Positions 24,978-36,170 of a DNA stretch of 64,000 nucleotides are shown piece by piece. The notes beneath the pieces are model-generated. The model did no database searches, was not told where the DNA came from, and saw nothing but the letters and a program-made list of their open reading frames with translations. A program made the position numbers and the translations under genes. The stretch lies in assembly GCA_951406725.2 (NCBI GenBank), contig OX597814.1:5208001-5272000 (forward strand), written 5' to 3'. This stretch comes from Octopus vulgaris. Its lineage: Eukaryota. Each line of letters begins with the position of its first letter. The first letter of the stretch is position 1.

Positions 24978-26070
24978 ATCATCATCATCATCATTTAGCA
25001 TCCGCTTTCCATGCTAGCATGGGTTGGACGGTTCAACTGGGGTCTGTGAAGCCAGAAGGCTGCATCAGGCCCAGTCTGATCTGGCAGTGTTTCTACGGCT
25101 GGATGCCCTTCCTAACGCCAACCACTCCGTGAGTGTAGTGGGTGTTTTTACGTGCCACCCGCACAGGTGCCAGACGGAGCTGGCAAACGGCCACGGACGG
25201 ATGGTGCTTTTTACGTGCCACCAGCACATATATATATATATCATCATCATCATCATTTAACGTCCGCTTTCCATGCTAGCATGGGTTGGACGGTTCAACT
25301 GGGGTCTGGGGAGACGGAAGGCTGCACCAGGCCAGTCAGATCTGGCAGTGTTTCTACAGCTGGATGCCCTTCCTAACGCCAACCACTCCGAGAGTGTAGT
25401 GGGTGATTTTATATGCCACCGACACAGGTGCCAGACGAGGCTGGCGAACGGCCACGCTCGGATGGTGTTTTTTATGTGCCACCGACACAGGTGCCAGACG
25501 AGGCTGGCAGACGGCCACGCACGGATGGTGTTTTTATGTGCCACCGACACAGGTGCCAGATGAGGCTGGCGAACGGCCACGATCGGATGGTGTTTGTTAC
25601 GTGCCCACAGCACGGAGGCCAGTCGATGCGGTACTGGCTACGGCCACATTCGGATGGTTTTCTTGTGTGCCACCGGCACTGGTACCACAAAGATACAAAT
25701 TCCATTGATGTTCATCTATTTTGATTTGTTTTGATTTGATTTGATTTGATTTGATTTTCACTTGCCTCAACAGGTCTTCACAAGTATCACAAGAAGGAAG
25801 GTATGCACAGGTGGACTGACTACGTCCCAGGTAGGGGCCACAGGTTATGGCCTGACTAGTCTTGCCGGGTCTTCGGAAGGTGTTTTTATGTGCCACCGAC
25901 ACAGGTGCCAGATGAGGCTGGCGAACGGCCACGATCGGATGGTGATTGTTACGTGCCCACAGCACGGAGGCCAGTCGATGCGGTACTGGCTACAGCCACG
26001 TTCGGATGGTTTTCTTGTGTGCCACAAAGATACAAATTCCATTGATGTTCATCTATTCTGATTTGTTTTG
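24978..26070 (-). mobile_element. Cluster of the abundant (GAT)n-tailed SINE-like family with internal about 60-bp tandem units; many copies across the window
   Basis: Conserved GGCGTTAGGAAGGGCATCCAGC...CCAACCCATGCTAGCATGGAAAGCGGACGTTAAA(TGA)n. Also near 2662, 12731, 23970, 27245, 32140, 47683, 56800, 62705. Confidence 0.85.
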
Positions 26071-27650
26071 ATTTTGATTTTGGTTTTTGATATATATAAA
26101 TATATATGTATATATATAAATAAATAAATATATATATACACACACACACATATATATATATGATGGGCTTCTTTCAGTTTCTGGCTACCAAATCCACTCA
26201 CATGATTTTGGTCAGCCTGAGACTAGAGAAGACAATTGCCCAAGGTATCACACAATGGAACTGAACCCAGAACCATGTGGTTGGTAAGCAAGCTACTTAC
26301 CACACAGCCACTCAGGTGCTCTTGTTGCATAAAATAGCAGACAATGATCCTGTTTTACAGCTGACATGAAACGAACCAAGATGGGTTTCAAAGGGGAGCC
26401 AAGTGTTAACAAAAGTTCTAGAGAGAAGAGGTAGACACTTATGAAACAATGCAGCAGAGGAATGTTTAGAAACATTCCGTTGTGTAAACTCAACAAACTC
26501 AGAGGCATCTGTGTGCCATATATAATGTACATACACCATTGAAAAGAAAGTGGCTTTAGTTCTTGTTTGAGATCAAATCTATTTGTAAACAGGTTGTATT
26601 ACAAACAGAATATACATCAGAGTGTAAAACCATATTCTAGTAGAAATGGCTCACAAAAATGTCAGATGTATTTTTTGAGCTGCCTGGTTCAGGAATCAAA
26701 CCTACAATCTAATGCTTCATCACCATCATCATTCAATGCCAGTTTTCCCTGCTGGCATGGGTTGGACGGTTTGACCAGAGCTGGAAATGCCAGAGGTCTG
26801 CATCAGGTTCCATTATCTGTATTGGCAGATTTCTACAGCTGGATGCCCTTCCTAATGCCAACCACTCTGAGAGTGTAGTAAGTGAGTTTTACATGCCACT
26901 GGCACAGGAGCCAATCAGGCGACACTGGTATTGACCATGCTCAAATGGTGCTTATTATGTGCCACTGGCATGGGTGCCAGTCAAGCAGCACAAGCATCAG
27001 TCACGCTTGACTGGTGCTTTTCACGTGCTACCAGCAGAGGTATCATTGGGTGTGTGTATATAAATATATGACAGACTTCCATACAATTTCTATCTACAAT
27101 TCCACTCACAAGGCCATTGGTCAGGCAGTGCCACAACAGAAAACACCTGCCCATGGTGTCACATTCTGGGACTGAACCCAAAACTGCAGGACTAAAGAAA
27201 AGCAAATCTCTGTATGCATACAACCATCAAATACTTGTAACAATCAAAATCAAAATGGAAATTGTAGTTGTGGCCAATGCCAGTGCCATCTGACTGGCTC
27301 CCCGTGCCAGTGACATGTAAAAAGCACCATCCAAACATGGTCGATGCCAGTGCCCCCTGACTGGCCCTCATGCTGGTGGCCTGTAAAAAGGACCCACTAC
27401 ACTCTAGGAGTGGTTGGCATTAAGAAGGGCATCCAGCTGTAGAAACATTGCCAGATCAGATTGAATCCTGGTGCAGCCTACTGGTTCGCCAGCCCTCAGT
27501 CAAACCGTCCAACCCATGCCAGCATGGAAAGCGGACGTTAAACGATGATGATGATGAATCATGATGAACAATTAATTGTAAACTTTATCCATTATTATTC
27601 TTAATGCAACAAGATCCATTTCCATGTAGGAATAAGTAAATCTGACTCAC

Positions 27651-27735
27651 AGTTGGTATCGGAACGGAAGAGATTTTGTTGAGGCTTCGACTGAACCCTT
27701 TCATTAAACGCAGCAAAGAGATCTTCGTTGAATAA
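27651..27735 (-). CDS. Exon I: LFNEDLFAAFNERVQSKPQQNLFRSDTN
   Basis: Acceptor ctcttttcag, donor GTGAGT. 85 nt, phase 0 to 1. Confidence 0.8.
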
Positions 27736-27881
27736 CTGAAAAGAGAATAAAAAGACATAGTTAATTAACCATTACAATATCTTAGTTGATTAATCGTTAG
27801 AATATTTTAGTTAATTACACATTACATCATCAACATTTTTATTATCTGGATATTATTAATGAAATTAACTATAGTGGTCCA

Positions 27882-28593
27882 TTAACCCTTTCGTTACCAA
27901 CCCGGCTGAAATTGAGTACAAATGTCTTGTTTTCATAAGTTCTGAATTAAAATCTTCCACCAAACCTTAGACATAATTTATGTTCCTAACACTAACTTAA
28001 TGATAACGAAGTTATTTTACTAAATTCTTTGTTATATATAAAATTAATTGAAAGAAACACAGAACATCTCAACAGAAATATGGTTAACAAAAGGGTTAAA
28101 CAAATGATTAATTTAACCCTTTTGATACCAACCTGGCTGAAACCACCTCTGGCTCTGGAGTACTAAAGTCTTGTTTTCAAAAGTTTTGAATGAAAATCTC
28201 CCACCAAACCTTAGTCACAATTTATGTTCCTAACACTATCTGAATGATAACGAAGTTATTTTACTAAATTCCTTCTTATATTTACAATTAATTGAAAGAA
28301 ACACAGAGCATCTCTACAGAAATATGGTAAGAAAAGAGTTAAAATATATAACATAGAAACAATTCTTAACCCTTTCAATACCAACATGGCTGAAACCGGC
28401 TCTGGCTCTAAGTATAAATGTTTTGTTTTCATAAGTTTTGAATTAAAATCTTCCACCAAACTTTAGTCGCAATTTATGTTCCTAACACTAGCTTAATGGT
28501 AACGAAGTTATTCTACTAAATTGTTTGTTATATTTAAAGTAACTGAAAGAAACACAGAGCATCTCAAAATAAATACAGTAACGATAGGGTTAA
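27882..28593. mobile_element. Second triplet of piggyBac-type MITEs
   Basis: TTAA-CCCTTT...GGG-TTAA units homologous to 16087-16821. Confidence 0.8.
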
Positions 28594-29413
28594 GCTAACA
28601 TTGTTTTCTCACAGACACCATGAAGATGGTTATATATAAAGCCATGCTTTTATCTGCTGTATTCTTTATACTGCGACCATTCTGCCAAGATTGCACAAAG
28701 CATATAATTCTAACTGCTTCAGTTTGTCTGATAGTTAGCAAGTTCCAGCCATATTTCGCAAAAGAATGGTTAGAAGTGGTAAGAGCTGTAAAAGCAATGG
28801 TCATTTGATTTGCAAGAAACAGCAGCTAAGTCTTCCTCAAATTGCAACATGCCATCTTCGAAACAAAAGGGATGGCACATTAAATAATGCAGTCCAAGAC
28901 ATATAATGCACAAGTTGGTGGAATGGCACAATCGTTAGAGCACTGGACAAAACGCTTTGAGATATTTGCTCCTTCTCTTGATACTCTGAGTTCAAATCTT
29001 CCCCTGGTCAACTTTGTCCATTCATTTGTGGTCAATGAAATAAAGTGCTGGCTGCCACAGGGGGTAATGAACAACAAAAAAAAGAGATTAGGGAACTCCT
29101 CACTTCCTTCAAAATGGATGTCAACAGGGTCAGTACCATTTTTGTGATGTGATGTATGTTTCATGACTTGCTGACTGATACAGTTATCATCATCATTTAA
29201 CATCTCTTTTCCCATGCTGTCATGAGTTGGACAATTTGACAGGATCTGACGAGCCAGAGGGCTCTGCCAGGTTCTGCATCTGCTTTGGCATCATTCTTAC
29301 AGCTAAATGGCCTTCCTAACGCCAACCACTTTACAAAGTGTACTTGGTGCTTTTTATACGGCACCAGCCGTCCTGGACATTATTGTGTCTTGGAGGAAGT
29401 TAAAGAGTCTCAC

Positions 29414-29580
29414 CTGCTCCTGTTGATCACCTGTCTTTGACGCATCGTCAGCAACAACACTATCCCAGTCACTTCCACCATCAAAACCGCTATTTCCAGT
29501 TGGTTTGTGATCGAAGGGAGATGGCGCAGGGGCATCGATGAGATCGTCTGAATCACTCAGCCCTAATTCATCCATAAATG
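29414..29580 (-). CDS. Exon H: AFMDELGLSDSDDLIDAPAPSPF...GSDWDSVVADDASKTGDQQEQ
   Basis: Acceptor tgtttttcag, donor GTGAGA. 167 nt, phase 1 to 0. Confidence 0.85.
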
Positions 29581-30602
29581 CTGAAAAACACAATTCAAAG
29601 AATTCCTTCAACATGTCAACCATTTTTTCAACAAACAAAACTGTGTTGCTGTTAGGAAGCACTTCTCAACCATTAATTAACAATTTTAGAAATCATTTCA
29701 TAACGAATATTAGTTTCAAATTTTGGCACAAGGACAGCAATTTCAGGGAAGGGGCTAAGTTGATCACATCAACCCCAGTATTCAACTGGTACTTCTTTTA
29801 TTGACCCCAAAAGGATAAAAGGTAAAGTCGACCTCAACAGAATTTGAACTCAGAATGTGAAGATAGACGAAATGCCGCTAAGCATTTCGTCTGGCATCCT
29901 AACAATTCTGCCAGCTCACAGCCTTCGTTTCATAATAAATATTACAAACAAACAAAAAAACTGCTACAAAATAACATGACTGCCAATACTGAAGACTGTT
30001 CCTTCATTGTGTGTGTGTGTGTGTGTTATCAATATATTATATCTATAGCACTATATGTTTGTAGTGTAACATATAGCATCATATATTTGTAATACTACCA
30101 TATTTACAGTTACTGTACATCCAGGTTTGACCGAAATTCTTCCAGTTCACCAATGTTGTCCAAGCATCTCAGCAAATTGGAAATTTCATCCTGATTTTCA
30201 GAAATCAGAGAAAATTTTCTTTTCCCTGATTTTCATCCTGGTTTAACAATAAAAGGCTTTAACTAGCTCGTTATGAAATTATTTTACTGTTGGTAATATA
30301 GGGAGATGTGTCTGAGTTTTCTGACCTTTTCTAAAGATGCACAAAGCAGGGAGGGGGAGAGGGTGTTGTATTTTTTTTGCCATGTTTTACAGCTCTTTTC
30401 TTTAATTATCTTTAAAACACCAAAAGTGTGTGTACATTTATGAAGGAACCTTAAAAAGATTACCCTTTTCTAACAAAAAATTTTGTGTGGTACATGATGG
30501 CAAGCCAGATATTAATGGCTGTATGCAGTTGTAAAGATACAAAACAAAAAGTCTTCCAGCAAATTCATCACAACTGGATACTTTTTTAAAAAGTTGGAAA
30601 TA

Positions 30603-30825
30603 TTGGGTTCGCGCATAATTATTGTGGCTTTTTTTCAACAAATTTTATTCAACAAAAGCAATAATGTAACAAAAACATCTTTAAATGATTATTCCGGAGC
30701 ATATTCACCATCTCCTTCAATTACTGCTTCCCATTTGCTAGGCAGATAGTCAGACCGTCATTTAAAGATGTTTTTGTTGAATAAAATTTATTGAAAAAAG
30801 TCGCAATAATTATGCACCAACCCAG
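30603..30825. mobile_element. Tc1/mariner-type MITE
   Basis: TA-flanked imperfect TIRs TTGGGTTCGCGCATAATTATTG and CAATAATTATGCACCAACCCAG. Confidence 0.65.
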
Positions 30826-33484
30826 TAATTAAACTTGAGTTTCTCGTTGTCATTAATGAAGTTATCTTTGCTTTAATAGTTTTGCATAGCTTGAATTTCA
30901 AAACATCCAACTGTTTGTCAAAGTTGATCTCAAAACTTGTTGAACCAAAATTTTTGTCTGACATCAACAAAATGTTAAACCATAATTTTCCATGTAATTA
31001 TCACAATGGCTAAATATGAAATGACTAAATTCCAAGCAGGGTTAAACTTGTGACAATTTCTACAGAGGCTTCAAACTAAAAAATATATTAAAGAGATACC
31101 TTACATTAGGGTTCAACACTAGATTCTGGCCAAAGAATAACAAGTGAAATTTTGGGGATATATGCAATATTTCAGGTAAAATGGTTGAGATTTTGATTAA
31201 TTCCTTGGTCTCAATCATGGGTTGATGAAAAAAATAATAAAATTTTCTGGAAGACAACTGCAACTTGAATTTTGGTAAAACAAAAAGTAACCTATTTAAG
31301 CAATTAAAAATCAAACATGGTTAGAAACCTTTGGATGGAATTGGCTTTGATTCACACATTTTGCACAAATTCTCTCCAACTGGTTGTTGAAGTTTTCCCA
31401 TCTAATGCTGGAGTTCTTAATATAAACATTTCCAAATATTTCCAATTATACACCATGCCAACTTTATCAGAATGAAATTGCTTCTATATGCTAATACCAA
31501 AATCTATGATAATACTTAGCAGGAAGTGAAAGAATTCTTCACACTTTTGTTGGCTTTGAAATCCTTCTCTAAAAACACTGCCTGGGATTAATAAGACAAT
31601 ATTTTTGAAAATGATTCTTGAGACCTGATTGAATAGTTTAGCTTTTCTCAACAAAGCGATTCTAGTCATGGAGAGGGATGCTGCCATGGACTGGATGGTT
31701 TGACAGGAGCTGGCCAGCTGAAGAGCTTTCCAGGCTCCACGTCAGTTTTGGCAGGGTTCCTACACCTTGATGCCCTTCCTAATATGCCAGCCACTTTACA
31801 GAGTGTACTGGGTGCTTTTATGTGGCACCTTGGTTCCCTGTGTCTTAGAGTTTCACAGACCTCAAACAGAATCCCATCTCTTTCATGCATTAGATTATTG
31901 ATATATAGGTCTCACCGATTATTGATATATAGGTCTCACCGAGGAAATGACTAGAGACCGAGACCTATGGAAGTATGCTGTGTGTGAGAAGACCCGGCAG
32001 GACAAGTCAGGCCATAATCCCGTGGCCTACACCTGGGATGTAGCCAGCCCACTTATGCATGCCTTTCCTTCTTGGGACACAAAACTCCACTTGTGAAGAC
32101 CTGTTGAGGCAAGTGAAAATCAAAATCGTAATCTGATACCAGTGCCGGTGGCACGTAAGAGAGCCATCCGAACATTGCCGTAGCCAGTGCCATCCGACTG
32201 GCCTCCATGCCGGTGGCACGTAAAAAGCACCATCCGACCGTGGCCATTGCCAGCTTCGTCTGGTCCCCGTGCCGGTGGCATGTAAAAAGCACCATCCAAT
32301 CGTGGCCGTTTGCCAGCCTCGTCTGGCACCTGTGCCGGTGGCACGTAAAAAGCACCCACTACACTCACGGAGTGGTTGGCGTTAGGAAGGGCATCCAGCT
32401 GTAGAAACACTGCCAGATCAGACTGGGCCTGGTGCAGCCTCCTGGCTTCCCAGACCCCATTTGAACCGTCCAACCCATGCTAGCATGGAAAACGGACGTT
32501 AAATGATGATGATGATGATATATCATCATCATCATCATCATCATCGTTTAACGTCCGTTCTCCATGCTAGCATGGGTTGGACGGTTCGACCGGGGATCTG
32601 GGAAGCCAGAAGGCTCCAGTCTTATATATGTATTCACAATTTAGGTTAGTTGAAATATGTTTGAAATATGCGGCAAACATATTCCAACCTAAATTGTGAT
32701 TATACATTAACTCTGCTTAGCACATTTACTCTGATATTTCTCTTGATTGGGCGATCTACTAGTGCAAATCAGTCAATGTGTTGGCTGAATTATATCTAAG
32801 CTTTATCAGTTCATTCAGGGTTGCCCCTCTCAGGTACATCTGATTGACAAGAGTCAACAAACTCGAAACATCAATGTCTCAGATTCCCAAGAGAGGGCGA
32901 CATTGAACAAACAGGCTGTTTTCACATCTTTTTAGCATAAGAGAGATTTTTACTCCATGATAAGTGGAGTGTATTTGCCTTTAGCAGTTGAAATAAGTGC
33001 TGGCACGTAAAAGCACCCACTACACTCTCGGAGTGGTTGACGTTAGGAAGGGCATCCATTTGTAGAAACTCTGCCAGATCAAGATTGGAGCCTGGTGCAG
33101 CCATCTGGTTTGCCAGTCCTTAGTCAAACTGTCCAACCCATGCTAGCATGGAAAACAGACATTAAACGATGATGATGAATGTATACAGGAGTAGTATGAT
33201 TGAATTATGTTAAAATATTTGCTTCACAACCACAAAGTCCCAGGTTCAATTTCAGTGTGTGGCATCTGTGGCAAATGTCATTTACTATAACCTTAGACTG
33301 ACCCCACCCCCAACAAGCCTGTGGTCATAGCGTGATCTAATAGGAAGTTACCCAGCCAAGGGATGGGAGACGGGTGCAGTGCAGGGGTAAGAAGTTTTGA
33401 TTGAAGATTTGCATGTGCAACAATGAGTGAAGGTTTTGCTGATGTCTACAGACAACAACATGGCTTCTACTGAAACTCTCTTGA

Positions 33485-34110
33485 GTTAGTTAGTTAGTTA
33501 GTTAATTTGGCTCAAAAGCAAATAGCAAGGCCATGTAGGGGGACATGGAGTTAAGTACAGGGTGGTGTTCATGTAAAGAGTTCAGGCCACTTGAGGTCCA
33601 GGGAGGCTTTGAACAAAGCGGTCGTCGGCATCTTCACCATCTCGTCTGGCAGCTTGTTCCACGGATCTGCAACCCGGACGGAGAAAGCTCCTCTCCTTCG
33701 ATTGGGATGAAATCGTCGCAGGTAGAGCTTTTCGGAATGACCCCGCAGCCGACGCTCTGGAGCAGGAGTGAAGAACTGCTCTTTCGAGAGGTTACACTTT
33801 CTGCTTATGATGTTGTGGGCGAGAATGAGATCACCACGGCGGCAGCGTTTTTCAAGAGAATAAAGGTCGAGCGTCCTCAGCCTTTCTTCGTAGGACAAAT
33901 TTTTGAGACCATGAACCATGTGGGTAGCCAGCTTCTGGACTCTTTCGAGATGCTGTATGTCTTTGAGGAGATAAGGAGAAGAGGCTTGAATCCCATACTC
34001 CAATATGGGTCTCACCAGCGTGACATAGAGTGGTAGGAATATGGCTGCTGTGAGCATTCTGAATGACCGTCGAATCAAGAACAGAATTCCGCGTGCTTTG
34101 TTGGCAGCAT
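33485..34110 (-). mobile_element. 5'-truncated CR1-clade LINE: ORF2 C-terminus, 3' UTR and (TAAC)n tail
   Basis: LYVTLVRPILEY, LERVQ, LSYEERL, RRGDLI, RGH and FSVRV..WNKLP motifs in ORF 33569-34078. Confidence 0.92.
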
Positions 34111-35242
34111 GAGTGAAACAAGAGAGTAGAAAACGAGAGAGAGAGAGAGACTAGGTATGGGAGAGCATCACAGCTGGTGAGTGTCTCCTCCATTCAGTTA
34201 TGGAAGTTAGAAACAAATGCAACAAAACAAGTGTTGACTGAATGAGAAGGGTTTCCCTGCTCTGGAATGCATCATACTGAGGTATACGTCTAAATGTTAG
34301 GTTACTTTCTCTCTCTCTCTGAGTCTATCTCCATAGAGAGGGAGAGATTAAAGAGCTTGGTGAGTTTAGAAGGAAATTCTGGAACACATTCTGGTGACCC
34401 TTTATTTCCTTGAAGTAATCAGAGAGATCTCCATATTTGGTGATAAGTGTGTAAATGGGATGTAGAGCCTAACGGAGGGAAAGGGATACATACATACATA
34501 CATACATATGACATGCTTCTTTCAGCTTTTGTCTGCCAAATCCACAGACAAGGCTTTGGTGGGCTCAAAGCAATACTAGAAGACACTTCACCAAGGTGCC
34601 ACACAGTGGGACTGAACCCAGAACCATGTGGTTGGTAAACAAGCTAGTTACCACACAGCCACTCCTGCGTCTATATTTATGATACTGCTATAAAGTTCAT
34701 TATATTTTTAATTATGTAAATTAAACTGGCCAGATATAATTCATAATTATTTTTTTATAAGCTAAAGCCTTTTTCAAATGATCAGCTAAGATTCAGTGGG
34801 TGGTACTAATGTTGATGAGGTTTTACCATGAAACATATAAATCAGACTTCACTCTAATTTGTGAAATTAATTCTTAATTTCTTCAAATTATCTCCCCTTG
34901 AAAATCACAACTTCCACTAGTCTTTTGTTTTCTTTCCTTAATTAAGAGGGAAACTTCAATTAAATAATTTCTTACATAAAGCAATTGATAGATCACCTTA
35001 TAAAAAAAACAATATAAATATGTGGTGCAACTAAAAAGAAATATAATGTCGTTCTTTTAGAGATTTCAGCCATCTGCAAGGACACAGGTGATCCCATTGA
35101 ACCAGTGTTCCACCTTATTACCCTCAGGCAACTTGGGTGAGAGCAGGATTCAAAATGTGAAGAACTGTAACCAGATGTGCAAAGGTGTTTTGTCCAAAGT
35201 AGCTTTACTGGGTTCTACATTTGAGAGATGAAGAAACATATA

Positions 35243-35400
35243 CATTATTTACATTTGATGGATATTTGTCCTCATCTTGTTTGTTGTTAACACCATGTTT
35301 TGGCTGATGTTCTCGCCAGCCTTCATCAGGTGTCCTGGGGAATTTCAAATCTGGGTTCTCATTCCTAAGGTATTTTTCTGATGGTACTATTATTATTATT
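35243..35400 (-). mobile_element. Hammerhead-bearing Penelope-type repeat, degenerate copy
   Basis: Minus strand ACAC-CTGATGA-A-GGCTG...CAGCC-AAAA (GAAA mutated). Inverted relative to 35932-36170. Confidence 0.7.
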
Positions 35401-35588
35401 TTTTAGGGCATGGCTGTGTGGTTAGGGAGCTTGCTTTCTAACTACATGGTTTCGGGTTCAGTCCCACTGCGTGGCACTTTGGGTAGGTGTCTTCCGCTAT
35501 AGCCCTGAGCCCACCGAAGCTTTGTGATTGAATTCGGTAGGCGGGAGTTACTGCCGTGTGTGTATAGCTGCTCAGTGCCACTCTGAAA

Positions 35589-35787
35589 GAGATTGAGGTA
35601 ACTCCTCCAGAAGATATACAGAAGTAAAGAAAAAAAAAAAAAACAAGAAGGGAAGAGTGCCCTTGTTATCAAGTGAACAATATTTTCGCATCTAGATGCC
35701 AAAATATCATGCACTTGATAACAATGGTACTCTTCCTTTTTTTTTTTTTGCTTCAGTATACCCCTTCTGGAAGAGTTACCTCAATCC
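35589..35787. repeat. About 200-bp imperfect foldback centred on GCATCTAGATGC
   Basis: GATTGAGGTAACTC...TTATCAAGTG pairs with CACTTGATAAC...GAGTTACCTCAATC. A partial extra arm lies at about 35855-35905. Confidence 0.75.
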
Positions 35788-35931
35788 TATAAGATATTAC
35801 CAAAAATGAAGTAGATTGATAAGTTTATTATTTGAACCTGTGGAAAGCACACCGGATGTCAAAATATCGTTCACTTGATAACGATGGCACTCTTCTCTTT
35901 TTTGCTACTCTTGTTATTATTATTATCATAT

Positions 35932-36170
35932 GCCCACAGGCATATGGCACAGAGGTTAAGAGCACAGGCTATTAACCCCAAGATTCCGAGTTCGATTCCA
36001 GGCAGTGACCTGAATATTAATAATAATATCTGAAAAATACCTTAGGAATGAGAACCCATGTTCGAAATTCCCCCAGGACACCTGATGAAGGCTTGATGAG
36101 TGAATCAGCCGAAACGTTATGTTAGCAACAAACAAGATGAGGACAAATATCTGTCAAAACATGAATAATA
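35932..36170 (+). mobile_element. tRNA-like head plus hammerhead ribozyme element
   Basis: A-box-like TGGCACAGAGG, B-box GTTCGATTCC, (AAT)n linker, then hammerhead core. Confidence 0.75.
36078..36122 (+). ncRNA. Minimal type I hammerhead ribozyme
   Basis: ACAC-CTGATGA-A-GGCT(loop)AGCC-GAAA-CG-TT-ATGT, with palindromic AACGTT in place of stem III. Confidence 0.7.

Noticed and set aside
33545-34036. 163-aa plus-strand ORF
   Set aside because: Antisense shadow of the CR1 ORF2 fragment.
35940-36005. Possible tRNA gene; likewise the SINE heads at 50187 and near 20000
   Set aside because: No complete acceptor stem, and each is fused to a repeat body, so these are tRNA-derived heads.
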